From Chromatiales bacterium (GTDB lineage: Bacteria; Pseudomonadota; Gammaproteobacteria; SZUA-140), in contig JBJHCZ010000004.1 in assembly GCA_050486285.1 (NCBI GenBank), forward strand, positions 88,196 through 152,195: a stretch of 64,000 bases of DNA, given 5' to 3'. A program made the position numbers and the translations under genes. The notes beneath the pieces are model-generated. The model made no database searches and had not been told where the DNA came from. It saw only the letters and a list, made by a program, of their open reading frames with translations. How positions within the stretch are numbered: the stretch's first letter is position 1; every line of letters begins with the position of its first letter. Positions 34,301-43,046 of the stretch are shown piece after piece.

Positions 34301-34511
34301 GGCGTCGCGACGCATCGTCGGCGTGCACTTCCTCGCCGACCACGCCGACACGCTGATCGGCGAGGCGGTCATGATGGTCGCGGGCAAGCTGACGCTGGAC
34401 CAGGTCGCCGAGGCGATCCATCCGCATCCGACCCAGACCGAGCTGTTCGGCGACATGGCGCGCCGGCTGCTGTCGCGCCTGCGCCGCAGCGCGAAAAAGC
34501 CGGTGTCATAA
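31374..34511 (+). CDS. fused E2-E3 protein: two lipoyl domains + E3-binding domain + 2-oxoacid dehydrogenase acyltransferase catalytic domain + FAD/NAD dihydrolipoyl dehydrogenase-like flavoprotein
   Basis: Single 1045-aa ORF; two near-identical lipoyl domains (TVETDKAIMDVE x2), PSBD (TPYARKLAGRLGVDL), catalytic DHRVVYGAH, then GGGPGG FAD fold with redox disulfide GGECLWRGCIPSK and C-terminal HPHPTQTE. Confidence 0.8.
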   Translation: MSDTYQIKMPQLSDTMTEGVVVSWEKNVGDKVERGDIVATVETDKAIMDVEVFREGFLSGPLAAVGDTVAVGEPIAQLVSSKEAVGKGDGGKPKQDKSAKQDKPAAPKAEAKGGGDKAPGKSAPVAESAGGGSAPAGAIYTIAMPQLSDTMTEGVVVSWEKQPGDKIERGDIVATVETDKAIMDVEVFREGFLSGPIAAVDSVVPVGGEMAFLVAKKEEVIREGTLGRQSIAQQRDHDHDEAPARDTAAGRETPAAPRGAGDHDAAPADRPAGKAVTPYARKLAGRLGVDLAQVRGTGPAGEVTAVDVERAGVRPAAHAGAAPVHPGAAALLSSLSVDVPGDGRKMTSLERAVSHNMMRAQSMPTFRVTVHARPEALARAAKKNGISLTVAIAKACALAMKEQPRMNWAYQPEDKLIERDHVDIGMAVTAEDGGLVVPVLRGCESRSLGELNDDWKDLVERARKRRLKPDEYANPTFMVSNMGMLGVSLFDAIPTPGMAAILAIATAGEQGMPLMITADHRVVYGAHVAKYLGALKQLIEQPESWISTGPLIPEGNWDYDVAVIGGGPGGEDCARDLAGHGYKVVMINDAPLPGGECLWRGCIPSKAWRAAADRIRDRADDEHLGIEGTTAAKLNWKKLEQTRRGVLETRGEMAEKTDKGVKITLKQGYASFTGAHELFVDTSGNSKERHRRVAPGDGSKGEKLSFGCAVIATGAPPFVPPIPGAREGLAAGGVLTSDTVWELKDRPKKLLVVGGGAIGLEMAQIFQDFGTEVTLLEAQDRILAEVEAEVAKQLSEILNDEPRLKVLTSVKVDEIKGKPGAMKLSYTDADGKKHNASADYVLMATGKRPLLEPLKLDAAGVATEKGVVRVDASCRTSVPHIFAVGDVIGGLMLAHTAGQQGRVAAQTIAGERASYDQAKDCGVIFTRPQAAFVGLSAEQAKAKGIDAVEVKVPISIDAKAMINHETHGLIKIVADKASRRIVGVHFLADHADTLIGEAVMMVAGKLTLDQVAEAIHPHPTQTELFGDMARRLLSRLRRSAKKPVS

Positions 34512-34535
34512 GGCACTATCGGGAAAACATCATTC

Positions 34536-35765
34536 ATGTCTGACATCAGGAAAGTCGTCCTCGCCTATTCCGGCGGCCTCGATACCTCGGTGATCCTGCG
34601 CTGGTTGCAGGAGACCTACGGCTGCGAGGTCGTGACCTTCACCGCCGACATCGGCCAGGGCGAGGAGCTCGAGCCCGCGCGCCGCAAGGCCGAGGCGATG
34701 GGCGCGCGCGAGATCTTCATCGAGGACCTGCGCGAAGAGTTCGCGCGCGACTTCGTGTTCCCGATGTTTCGCGCCAATACGCTGTACGAGGGCGAATACC
34801 TGCTCGGCACCTCGATCGCGCGCCCGCTGATCGCGAAGCGCCTGGTCGAGATCGCCGAGGCCACCGGCGCCGATGCCGTTTCACACGGCGCGACCGGCAA
34901 GGGCAACGATCAGGTCCGCTTCGAGCTCGGCGCCTACGCGCTGAATCCGGAGATCCGCATCATCGCGCCGTGGCGCGAGTGGGACCTGCTGTCGCGCGAG
35001 AAGCTTTTGAACTGGGCCGAGAGTCGCGGCATCCCGGTCGAGGCCAAACGCAAGGGCGGTTCGCCGTACTCGATGGACGCAAACCTCTTGCACATCTCCT
35101 ATGAAGGCGGACCGCTCGAAGATCCGTGGGTCGAGCCCGAGGACACGATGTGGCGCTGGAGCGTCGCGCCGGAGCAGGCGCCGGACCGGCCGCAGTCACT
35201 CGAACTCGAGTTCGAGCGCGGTGACATCGTCGCGCTCGACGGCAAGCGCCAAAGCCCGGCGCAGATCATGGCGGAACTGAACCGCATCGCCGGCGCCCAC
35301 GGCGTCGGCCGCCTCGACCTGGTCGAGAACCGCTACGTCGGCATGAAATCGCGCGGCTGCTACGAGACGCCGGGCGGCACGGTGATGCTGAAGGCACACC
35401 GCGCGATCGAATCGATCACGCTCGACCGCGAGGTCGCGCACCTGAAGGACGATCTGATGCCGCGCTACGCGAGCCTGGTCTACAACGGTTACTGGTGGAG
35501 CCCGGAGCGGCGCATGCTGCAGCAGATGATCGACGCGTCGCAGGCCACCGTCAACGGCACGGTGCGCGTCAAGCTCTACAAGGGCAGCGTCTCGGTCACC
35601 GGTCGGCGCTCGCAACGCGACAGTCTGTTCGACGCCGATATCGCGACCTTCGAGGACGATGCCGGCAAATATAACCAGAAGGACGCGGAAGGCTTCATCA
35701 AGCTGAATGCGCTGCGCATGCGCATCGCCGCGCGGCTGAAGCGCAAGCCCGGAGGCAAGGGCTGA
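34536..35765 (+). CDS. argG: argininosuccinate synthase
   Basis: 409 aa; [10 protein letters not shown]-loop, full-length colinearity with ArgG. Confidence 0.95.
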   Translation: MSDIRKVVLAYSGGLDTSVILRWLQETYGCEVVTFTADIGQGEELEPARRKAEAMGAREIFIEDLREEFARDFVFPMFRANTLYEGEYLLGTSIARPLIAKRLVEIAEATGADAVSHGATGKGNDQVRFELGAYALNPEIRIIAPWREWDLLSREKLLNWAESRGIPVEAKRKGGSPYSMDANLLHISYEGGPLEDPWVEPEDTMWRWSVAPEQAPDRPQSLELEFERGDIVALDGKRQSPAQIMAELNRIAGAHGVGRLDLVENRYVGMKSRGCYETPGGTVMLKAHRAIESITLDREVAHLKDDLMPRYASLVYNGYWWSPERRMLQQMIDASQATVNGTVRVKLYKGSVSVTGRRSQRDSLFDADIATFEDDAGKYNQKDAEGFIKLNALRMRIAARLKRKPGGKG

Positions 35766-36151
35766 TGCGCCTGCTGCACACGATGATCCGCGTCGGCGAC
35801 CTCGAGCGTTCGCTGAAATTCTATACCGGGGTGCTCGGCATGCGCCTGTTGCGCAAGCATGACTACCCGGACGGCCGCTTCACGCTGGCCTTCGTCGGCT
35901 ACGGGCCGGAGTCCGAGACCGCGGTCATCGAGCTGACCCACAACTGGGACACGACATCCTACGACCTCGGCAACGGCTTCGGCCATATCGCGCTCGAGGT
36001 CGACAATGCCGCCGCGGCCTGCGACGAGATCCGCGCCCGCGGCGGCAAGGTCGTGCGCGAGGCCGGGCCGATGAAGCACGGCACGACGGTCATCGCCTTC
36101 GTCGAGGATCCGGACGGCTACCGGATCGAGCTGATCCAGAAGAAGGCCTGA
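35765..36151 (+). CDS. gloA: lactoylglutathione lyase (glyoxalase I)
   Basis: 128 aa; [21 protein letters not shown]...GHIALEVDN...YRIELIQ; start overlaps argG stop. Confidence 0.9.
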   Translation: MRLLHTMIRVGDLERSLKFYTGVLGMRLLRKHDYPDGRFTLAFVGYGPESETAVIELTHNWDTTSYDLGNGFGHIALEVDNAAAACDEIRARGGKVVREAGPMKHGTTVIAFVEDPDGYRIELIQKKA

Positions 36152-36162
36152 GGGACGATCCC

Positions 36163-36573
36163 GTGGCGAGACTGCTTGTCATCCTCCTGACCCTGCCGCT
36201 CGCGCTCACGGCCTGCTCCGACTGGAGCGAATCGCTGAGTCAGGGCGCCGGCGACGGCGAATATACCGTGCGCCTGAAGACGACGCCGTGGCCGCCGCCG
36301 GTCGGCGACGCCGCTGTGGTCGCAGTGAGGATCAACGACAGCGCCAACCGCACCGTGCGCGCCTGTCACGTCAACTTCCGCCAGTTCATGCCCGAGCACG
36401 AGATGAGCAGCGACGATATCGTCGTGCTGATGGAGGAACTGCGCTCGGGTGTCTACACCGGCCGGAGCCCCGAGTATTCGATGGGGGGTGACTGGCGCAT
36501 TGAGGTGACCTTCGACTGCGGCACTGGTATCCACCTTGTAAACTTCGATCTGGCCCTTGCCTGGCCGGAGTAG
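36163..36573 (+). CDS. lipoprotein, possibly YtkA/FixH-like domain
   Basis: Lipobox LALTACSD; MPEHEMSS...GVYTG...MGGDWRIEVTF pattern reminiscent of YtkA-domain proteins. Confidence 0.4.
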   Translation: MARLLVILLTLPLALTACSDWSESLSQGAGDGEYTVRLKTTPWPPPVGDAAVVAVRINDSANRTVRACHVNFRQFMPEHEMSSDDIVVLMEELRSGVYTGRSPEYSMGGDWRIEVTFDCGTGIHLVNFDLALAWPE

Positions 36574-36861
36574 ATCTGACCCTTAAACATACAACGGAGT
36601 ATTTTCTGAGTTTCCGTAGCTCATTTGAATACAATAATTCGATTTCAAAATCGGGATATTCCCGAGGCGAATCTGCGCGTGGCGATATCACCGTTGTTCT
36701 GGAAAAATGTTACTTATCCGGAGCGTGGTAAAGTGGGCGTGGTGCAGGAGGTTTTCAATGCCCTCGGGCAGTCCATTGTCGTGATCACCGTTCCGCTATC
36801 CGCCATCGCGCCATTGAGCGCGGACCAGATTCCCGCTGATCAGGAATATCAGTGAACCTGT

Positions 36862-37308
36862 TTATGATAAAACCATCACCTCAGTTTCAGTGATTCGCCT
36901 CATGCGGGCATCGTTGCCGATGAATCCGGAGGCGCCGGCATGGATGGCCGTAGCCAGCACGATCGCGTCCGGTGTCCTTATCCGGTATTTCGCCCGCAGG
37001 CGCGCGCCGAGATCGGCGATTTCGATCGACAGGTCCGTCCACGTCAGATTTGGATAGGTAGTCAACAAGGCATAGAACTGGTTAACCCTGCTGTCATCGT
37101 CGTTGCGATAGGGTTGCACCAGCACTTCAAGAAGAGAGAGCGTGGAGCAGATGCCGATGTTATGTCCCGCCTCGATGGCCGCGAAGATCTTCTGCGCCGG
37201 ACGTCGATATTCCGGATGGCCTTCTATCTGGTAGATCAGGATATTGGAGTCGATGCCGATCCGGTGATTTCGCTTGAGGAATCCGTCCAGGGCCTTCCGG
37301 CTCACCAC
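36862..37308 (-). CDS. vapC: PIN-domain toxin (VapC-like)
   Basis: 148 aa; IGIDSNILIY (conserved Asp), ...TPDAIVLATAI...; overlaps upstream antitoxin gene. Confidence 0.75.
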   Translation of the reverse strand: MVSRKALDGFLKRNHRIGIDSNILIYQIEGHPEYRRPAQKIFAAIEAGHNIGICSTLSLLEVLVQPYRNDDDSRVNQFYALLTTYPNLTWTDLSIEIADLGARLRAKYRIRTPDAIVLATAIHAGASGFIGNDARMRRITETEVMVLS

Positions 37309-37520
37309 GAACGGCGTTCCTCGTCGATGTGCTTGCCGCTGTATACGCCCTTGCCTTTGCCCGCGAGTGCCTTTTCATAGTTTTTCGGTTTCGGCATCAG
37401 CAGGGTGACGCCGCCCTTGACGACCACCAGAAGCTCGTCGCCGCCCTTGACGTTCATGGCCTCCCGCGCCTCCCTGGGCAGGACGATCTGGTTTTTGGAG
37501 GATAATTTGAGGCTGGTCAT
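37302..37520 (-). CDS. vapB: AbrB/MazE/SpoVT-family antitoxin (VapB-like)
   Basis: Internal start MTSLKLSSKNQIVLPREAREAMNVKGGDELLVVVKGG...; swapped-hairpin antitoxin fold pattern. Confidence 0.7.
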   Translation of the reverse strand: MTSLKLSSKNQIVLPREAREAMNVKGGDELLVVVKGGVTLLMPKPKNYEKALAGKGKGVYSGKHIDEERRSW

Positions 37521-37542
37521 GATGATTCTCCCGGCTGTCAGG

Positions 37543-37571
37543 TGCTTTACTATATATAAAAAAGTAAAGCA
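37543..37571. promoter_or_regulatory. palindrome TGCTTTACT-(AT-rich 11 nt)-AGTAAAGCA immediately upstream of vapB (candidate autoregulatory operator / promoter)
   Basis: Perfect 9-bp inverted repeat around TATATATAAAA read directly. Confidence 0.4.
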
Positions 37572-37659
37572 GCTCAAGTGCCGGGCAGCCAATTACCGGC
37601 ACGGAATCACGCCGGTATGGCATTGGAAGTTTGTCTGAAGTGAGGCGCGGACCTGGAAG

Positions 37660-38727
37660 TTACAGCAACCCCAGCGGATCCCCCGGATCGATGCCGTCCT
37701 TGAACGGCAGTTTGCGGTCGTGATGGGTGATCTGGTAGACCTTGCCGACCCAGTTGTTGATGACCGCCTCGGCGGTGTCGTGCCAGGTGTTGTGCAGGCC
37801 GTCGCGGATCATATCCTCGGGCAGTTCCGGGACCGGGTTTCCGGTCTGCATCGCCGTGATGACCCTGTCCCTGTGTTCGTCGAGGATCGCGCGCGTCCTC
37901 AGCGTGAAGTAGTTTTCCGGAAACGGCGGATAGTCGGCGCGCCGGCCCTGCGCGTACAGCATCACTTCGCGCTTGTATTCCTTGAGCAGGCTGATCGTGT
38001 CGTATTCCGGGTGGCCCTGGAAGTACACGAAGCGGAAGCGATCCTCGCTGACCGCGAGGTGGACGCCTGACTCGCGGCTCTCGACCAGCACGTGCAGGCC
38101 GGCGGCCTCGAACTGGTCGCGGCCGATCTCGTTGAAGCGCGAGTGGGGGACGTCGAACAGCGTGTTGACGTCGTTGACCAGCGGGTGGCCGCGGTCGAGC
38201 ACGCGATGGCGGTAGACGCCCCAGCGCTTGGCCGGCAGTCGGCGGCGGCGCTGCCCGAAGCGGAACTGCAGCACTGCGTGGGTGGCGAGGCAGGAACACA
38301 GGATCGAGGTGACATTGTCCGCCGCCCAGTCAATGACCTCGATCAGCGGGTTCCAGAACGGCTCGGCGGCCAGATCCGGCTGCGTGACATTGGCGCCGGT
38401 GATGATCAGCGCGTCGAGGCCGTCGGCCTTGATCTGTTCGAAGCTCTCGTAATAAGCGCGCACATAATCGAGCGCCTGCTCGTTGCGATCCAGCGCGTCG
38501 AGCGTGAACGGGTGCATGTAGAACTGCGCGATCTGGTTGCTCTCGCCGATCAGGCGATAGAATTGCCGCTCGGTGGCCTGCAGCGCGGCGTCCGGCATCA
38601 TGTTCAGCAGGCCGATGTGCAGCTCGCGGATGTCCTGGCTGCCGGCCTCGCGCTCGGTCAGCACGGTCGCGCCTTCCTCCTTCAGTCGCTCGAAGGTCGG
38701 CAGTCCGGATTTCGAAACCAGCGGCAT
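37660..38727 (-). CDS. metA: homoserine O-acyltransferase (MetA family, succinyl/acetyl)
   Basis: 355 aa; colinear with E. coli MetA (IGLLNMMP..., ALIITGANV, HPEYD). Confidence 0.9.
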   Translation of the reverse strand: MPLVSKSGLPTFERLKEEGATVLTEREAGSQDIRELHIGLLNMMPDAALQATERQFYRLIGESNQIAQFYMHPFTLDALDRNEQALDYVRAYYESFEQIKADGLDALIITGANVTQPDLAAEPFWNPLIEVIDWAADNVTSILCSCLATHAVLQFRFGQRRRRLPAKRWGVYRHRVLDRGHPLVNDVNTLFDVPHSRFNEIGRDQFEAAGLHVLVESRESGVHLAVSEDRFRFVYFQGHPEYDTISLLKEYKREVMLYAQGRRADYPPFPENYFTLRTRAILDEHRDRVITAMQTGNPVPELPEDMIRDGLHNTWHDTAEAVINNWVGKVYQITHHDRKLPFKDGIDPGDPLGLL

Positions 38728-38744
38728 CGTCAGCTCCGGGTACG

Positions 38745-39590
38745 TCAGCCCTGGCGCGCGACCGCGCGCTCGACGATCTCGAGGAAGGTCTCCTCGTCGC
38801 GCACGCCGGCGAGTTCCTCGGTGGTGATCGTGTAGCCGTAGTCGCGCGCGATCTGTTCGTAGCGCGGGATGCGCGAGCGGAACAGTTTCGGGAAGATCCA
38901 GCGCACGAAATCGTCCGGATCGATCATCGCGACGTAGGGCAGTTCCTTCTCCTTCATGTAGGCCGCCAACTGCTCATCGAGGAAGGCCTCACGGTAATAC
39001 AGGGGCTTGGGGTCGCTGATCGCGCGCTCGATCAGCGCGCGTTCGTCGTCGGCGCTGGCCTTGATATACAGGATCAGTGTGTGGCGGCTCAGGATGTCGA
39101 TGACATCGGGGTCGTCGAGCTCGCAGATGCTGCCGCCGGCATCGTTGATGAAGTGCTGATAGCCGTAAATGAAGCGCGCCTTGTGGATGAAGTCGGGCAC
39201 GTCCTTCATCGCGGCGATCTCGCCGAGCCGGTGCAGTTCCTGGCGGCGCTTGAATTCCTTGAGCGGCAGGCCGCCGCGCTGCGGGTCGCCGAGCTTGCCG
39301 AGAAAGCTCGATACCGGCTGCAGGTTGTAGACGGTGATGTTGTTGTTGATGTAGATTGAGTCCGAACGCAGCAGCTCGCGCAGGAACGGTACCTGCATCG
39401 CCTGCTGCTTTATGTTGTCGAGGATCGGTTCGTCGAGATACCGGGTGCCGATGCGGTAGTCCCCGGAGAAATGGAACCAGTCGTCCTGCATCAGCAGATC
39501 GGACAGATGGGTCTTGCCCACGCCGGACATGCCGAGCAGGGTGATGCACTTGTTTTTCCAGGCCCTGAATTCCTTGACGCCCAGTTTCAT
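38745..39590 (-). CDS. uncharacterised P-loop NTPase/kinase-like protein, operonic with metA
   Basis: 281 aa; Walker A GMSGVGKT near N-terminus; no recognisable named family from reading; 17-bp gap to metA. Confidence 0.55.
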   Translation of the reverse strand: MKLGVKEFRAWKNKCITLLGMSGVGKTHLSDLLMQDDWFHFSGDYRIGTRYLDEPILDNIKQQAMQVPFLRELLRSDSIYINNNITVYNLQPVSSFLGKLGDPQRGGLPLKEFKRRQELHRLGEIAAMKDVPDFIHKARFIYGYQHFINDAGGSICELDDPDVIDILSRHTLILYIKASADDERALIERAISDPKPLYYREAFLDEQLAAYMKEKELPYVAMIDPDDFVRWIFPKLFRSRIPRYEQIARDYGYTITTEELAGVRDEETFLEIVERAVARQG

Positions 39591-39658
39591 AGCCCTAATC
39601 CTGCAAGACGCGGAGTGACGATGGATGGATTGTAACTTATCTCCTGAAGAATTGTGCC

Positions 39659-40132
39659 ATGCGTGACTTCGTCCGCTTCACAAATATTTTCGGCAGCGCG
39701 GTCTATGGCGTGTTCTGCATCTGCCTGCTGTCGATCAGCATGGCGATGGTCGGCTACGCCCTGTGGGGCATCCTCGCCGCGGTGCTTGCCGGCGATGACG
39801 TCATCGAGAAGCTGCTCGAGGCGATCGGCCTCATCGTCATCTCGATCGCCGTGTTCGACGTGTCCAAATACCTGCTGGAAGAGGAGATCCTCCGCGGGCG
39901 CCGCCTGCGCACGATGCGCGATGTCCGCCAGACGCTGTCGAAATTCCTCGTCATCATCTCGATTGCGGTGACGCTCGAGGCGCTGGTCTTCGTGTTCGGC
40001 GCCGGCCGCAGGGACATGAGCATGCTGCTCTATCCGACCTTGCTGTTGTTCGCGGCGACGCTCCTGATCGTCGGGCTCGCGGTCTTCCAGCGGCTCAGCG
40101 TCGATACCGAAGCCAAAGAACGGGAGGAGTGA
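39659..40132 (+). CDS. hypothetical integral membrane protein (~4 TM)
   Basis: 157 aa hydrophobic ORF, coding-like; overlapping 39654..39971 ORF is low-complexity and rejected. Confidence 0.4.
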   Translation: MRDFVRFTNIFGSAVYGVFCICLLSISMAMVGYALWGILAAVLAGDDVIEKLLEAIGLIVISIAVFDVSKYLLEEEILRGRRLRTMRDVRQTLSKFLVIISIAVTLEALVFVFGAGRRDMSMLLYPTLLLFAATLLIVGLAVFQRLSVDTEAKEREE

Positions 40133-40605
40133 ACCGGCACATCAATACCGGCGCCAGCTTCGGCCTCACCTCCGGGGTCATCACCACGCTGGGCTTGATG
40201 GTCGGCCTGCATTCCGGCACCCAGTCGACGATGGTTGTCGTCGGCGGCATCGTCACGATCGCGATCGCCGATGCGATGTCCGACGCGCTCGGCATCCATA
40301 TCGCCGAGGAGTCGAAGGGCGAGCACACGCCGGCCGAGATCTGGCTGACGACGGTCGCGGCCTTCCTCGCGAAACTCCTGATGGCGCTGACCTTCCTGGT
40401 GCCGATCCTGCTGTTCGATCTCGGCACTGCGATCGTCGTCGGGGCAGTCTGGGGGCTGACGGTGATCGCCTGGCTCAGTTACCGCATGGCGCGCGCGCAG
40501 GGCGCCGCGCCGTGGAAGGTCATCGGCGAGCATGTCGGCATCACCGTGCTGGTGATCGTGCTGAGCCACCTGGTCGGGGTCGCGGTCGCCGGGTTCTTCG
40601 GCTGA
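40129..40605 (+). CDS. VIT1/CCC1-family membrane protein (membrane domain only)
   Basis: 158 aa; 5 TM with ...IADAMSDALGIHIAEES... typical of VIT family. Confidence 0.6.
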   Translation: MNRHINTGASFGLTSGVITTLGLMVGLHSGTQSTMVVVGGIVTIAIADAMSDALGIHIAEESKGEHTPAEIWLTTVAAFLAKLLMALTFLVPILLFDLGTAIVVGAVWGLTVIAWLSYRMARAQGAAPWKVIGEHVGITVLVIVLSHLVGVAVAGFFG

Positions 40606-40615
40606 CGATGCCGTT

Positions 40616-41041
40616 TCAGCCGCGCGCCAGGCGGCGCAGGCATTCGAGATAGGCCGCCTCGTCCGGTTCGACGCCGTCGCGCTGCGCGCGCCACAGTGCC
40701 TCGCCGAGGCAGTCGATCATCCGGTGTTCGGCCTCGTGGAGGTCGCCGAGGCGGGCGGCGATCGCCCGATGGAGCGCCGCGATGTCCGCGGGACGCCCCG
40801 CCGCGACCTGCTCGCGGATCGCGATGTGCATGCCCATGTGCAGAAACGGATTGGTCGCGCCGAGTTCGGGCGGGTATTCGCGCTCGAGCGCGTCTTCGGC
40901 CAGCAGCGCATGATATTCGGGGTGGTCGGCGATGATGTCGGCAACCAGCAGCTCGACCGGCTCGAGCGGCGTGCCGGCGAGTCGCTTCAGCCACGCGGCG
41001 CCGAAGAAGCGCCGCATCTGTTCCCGGTCCTGACCGAACAT
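40616..41041 (-). CDS. DUF1841 family protein
   Basis: Internal start MFGQDREQMRRFF...; start overlaps nth stop. Confidence 0.55.
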   Translation of the reverse strand: MFGQDREQMRRFFGAAWLKRLAGTPLEPVELLVADIIADHPEYHALLAEDALEREYPPELGATNPFLHMGMHIAIREQVAAGRPADIAALHRAIAARLGDLHEAEHRMIDCLGEALWRAQRDGVEPDEAAYLECLRRLARG

Positions 41042-41676
41042 CAGTCCTCCTTGTCGGGATATTCGCAGAGATCCTCGATCAGGCACGCGCCGCAGCGCGG
41101 CCTGCGCGCAATGCAGACATAGCGCCCGTGCAGGATCAGCCAGTGATGGGCATCGTGCAGGAACTCCTCCGGCACGACTTCGAGCAGGCGGCGCTCGACC
41201 TCGGCGACGTTTTTGCCGGGGGCGAGGCCGGTGCGGTTCGCGACGCGGAAGATGTGCGTATCGACCGCGATCGTCGGTTCGCCGAAGGCAGTGTTCAGGA
41301 TCACGTTCGCGGTCTTGCGGCCGACTCCCGGCAGCGCCTCGAGCGCGGCGCGGTCGCGCGGCACGCGGCCGCCATGCCGCTCGACGAGGAGGCGGCAGGT
41401 CTCGAGGATGTTGCGCGCCTTGGTATTGAACAGCCCGATCGTGCGGATATGTTCCTTGAGGCCGTCCTCGCCGAGCGCGAGCAGCTTCCGCGGGGTGTTG
41501 GCGACCTTGAACAGCCCGCGGGTCGCGAGGTTCACGCCCTTGTCGGTGGCCTGCGCCGACAGGATCACCGCGACCAGCAGCTCGAACGGTGTGCGGTACT
41601 TCAGCTCGGTAGTCGGTTTCGGGTTGGCCTTGCGCAGGCGGGTGAAGAGCTCGCGGCGTGTCTGTTCGTTCATCAT
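41041..41676 (-). CDS. nth: endonuclease III
   Basis: Colinear with E. coli Nth (LVAVILSAQATD, GVGRKTANV, HhH-GPD, C-terminal 4Fe-4S CIARRPRCGACLIEDLC). Confidence 0.9.
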   Translation of the reverse strand: MMNEQTRRELFTRLRKANPKPTTELKYRTPFELLVAVILSAQATDKGVNLATRGLFKVANTPRKLLALGEDGLKEHIRTIGLFNTKARNILETCRLLVERHGGRVPRDRAALEALPGVGRKTANVILNTAFGEPTIAVDTHIFRVANRTGLAPGKNVAEVERRLLEVVPEEFLHDAHHWLILHGRYVCIARRPRCGACLIEDLCEYPDKED

Positions 41677-41707
41677 GGGGTCGGGGGCTCTGACCCCGAA
41701 CTCCGGG

Positions 41708-42397
41708 CTAGGCGGCGCTGGCGGCGGGCTCGACTGCGGCAATGCGCTCGGCACGGGCCTTGCGGCGGCCGTCGATGACGTTTTTCAGCGCGATCAGCAG
41801 GCCGAGGCCGATGAACGCGCCCGGCGGCAGGATCGCGAGCAGGAAGCCGCGGTATTCGGGGATGAGCGTGATGACGAAGTCGCGCGCGCCCTCGCCGAAC
41901 ATCAGGTGCGCGTTCGAGAACAGCGTGCCGGCGCCGAGGGCCTCGCGCATGGCGCCGAGCGTGATCAGGACCAGCGCGAAGCCGAGCCCCATCATGAAGC
42001 CGTCGAGCAGCGACGGGCCGACCGCGTTCTTGGACGCGAAGGACTCGGCGCGGGCGATGATCGCGCAGTTGGTGACGATCAGCGGGATGAAGATGCCGAG
42101 CACGCGGAACAGTTCGTGGAAATACGCATTCATCGCCAGCTCGATCGCAGTGACGATCGAGGCGATGACGAGCACGAAGACCGGGATGCGGATCTCGGGG
42201 CGCAGGTGGTTGCGGATCATCGAGATGATGCCGTTCGACAGGATCAGCGTCAGCATCGTCGCCAGGCCGAGGCCGAGGCCGTTGACGACCGAGTTGGTCA
42301 CGGCGAGCAGCGGGCACAGCCCGAGGATCTGGACGAGGGCGGGATTGTTGGTCCACAGCCCGTCGCGGGTGATGGTCGCGTAGCTACTCTGTGCCAT
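41708..42397 (-). CDS. rnfE: Rnf electron transport complex subunit E
   Basis: 229 aa; RnfE/RsxE family. Confidence 0.88.
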   Translation of the reverse strand: MAQSSYATITRDGLWTNNPALVQILGLCPLLAVTNSVVNGLGLGLATMLTLILSNGIISMIRNHLRPEIRIPVFVLVIASIVTAIELAMNAYFHELFRVLGIFIPLIVTNCAIIARAESFASKNAVGPSLLDGFMMGLGFALVLITLGAMREALGAGTLFSNAHLMFGEGARDFVITLIPEYRGFLLAILPPGAFIGLGLLIALKNVIDGRRKARAERIAAVEPAASAA

Positions 42398-43043
42398 TGG
42401 CTGCCTCTTCGGCCGGTTCGCCGTCCTGCTCGCCGAACAGTTCGTTCCTGTGAGCGTCGTAGTATTTTAAGGTGGAATGGACCGCCCTGACCACTGCGCG
42501 CGGCGTGATGGTCGCGCCGGTGAACTGGTCGAAGATGCCGCCGTCCTTCTCGACGCTCCACCCGAGTTCGCCGGGGTCGTCCAGCGAGTGGCCGTCGAAC
42601 CCCTTGATCCAGTCCGACTTTTCGATTTCGATCGCATCGCCGAGTCCGGGGGTCTCGCGATGGCCGACGACGCGTACGCCGAGTATGCGGCCATCGCCGT
42701 GATCGATCGCGACCAGCAGGCGGATCTCGCCGCTGTAGCCGTCGGGGGCGACGGTCGTGAAGATCGCCGCGACCGGCCTGCCTTCCTTGCGCGCCCGGTA
42801 CACCGTTATCGGCTTCTTGCTGCCGAGCAGCTTGCGGGATTCAGCCTGGACCGTGTCGTGTTCGATATCGTTGTCGTAACTGCCGCGCGGCACGACCTCA
42901 TTGAGGCTGCGCAGCAGGTACTCGCGTTCGTTATGCGCGATGCGCTCCCGGGTATTGTCCTCGGTCAGCGCCACGATCGTGGTGCCGACGACGGCGAAGA
43001 CGCCGAGCAGCAGGGCCGTGACCGTCATGTGGCGGACGAGCAT
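42384..43043 (-). CDS. rnfG: Rnf complex subunit G (FMN-binding)
   Basis: 219 aa; N-terminal TM, FMN-binding domain (TGATIT). Confidence 0.85.
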   Translation of the reverse strand: MLVRHMTVTALLLGVFAVVGTTIVALTEDNTRERIAHNEREYLLRSLNEVVPRGSYDNDIEHDTVQAESRKLLGSKKPITVYRARKEGRPVAAIFTTVAPDGYSGEIRLLVAIDHGDGRILGVRVVGHRETPGLGDAIEIEKSDWIKGFDGHSLDDPGELGWSVEKDGGIFDQFTGATITPRAVVRAVHSTLKYYDAHRNELFGEQDGEPAEEAANGTE

Positions 43044-43046
43044 GAC

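Noticed and set aside
31104-34427. 1107-aa ORF on the minus strand
   Set aside because: Antisense to the E2-E3 gene, with an Arg/Ala/Gly/Asp-rich low-complexity translation typical of spurious GC-rich antisense frames; no recognisable domains.
36625-36855. 76-aa ORF in the AT-rich stretch downstream of vapC
   Set aside because: No recognisable features, no clear RBS, and atypical composition. Possibly a remnant; not called as a gene.
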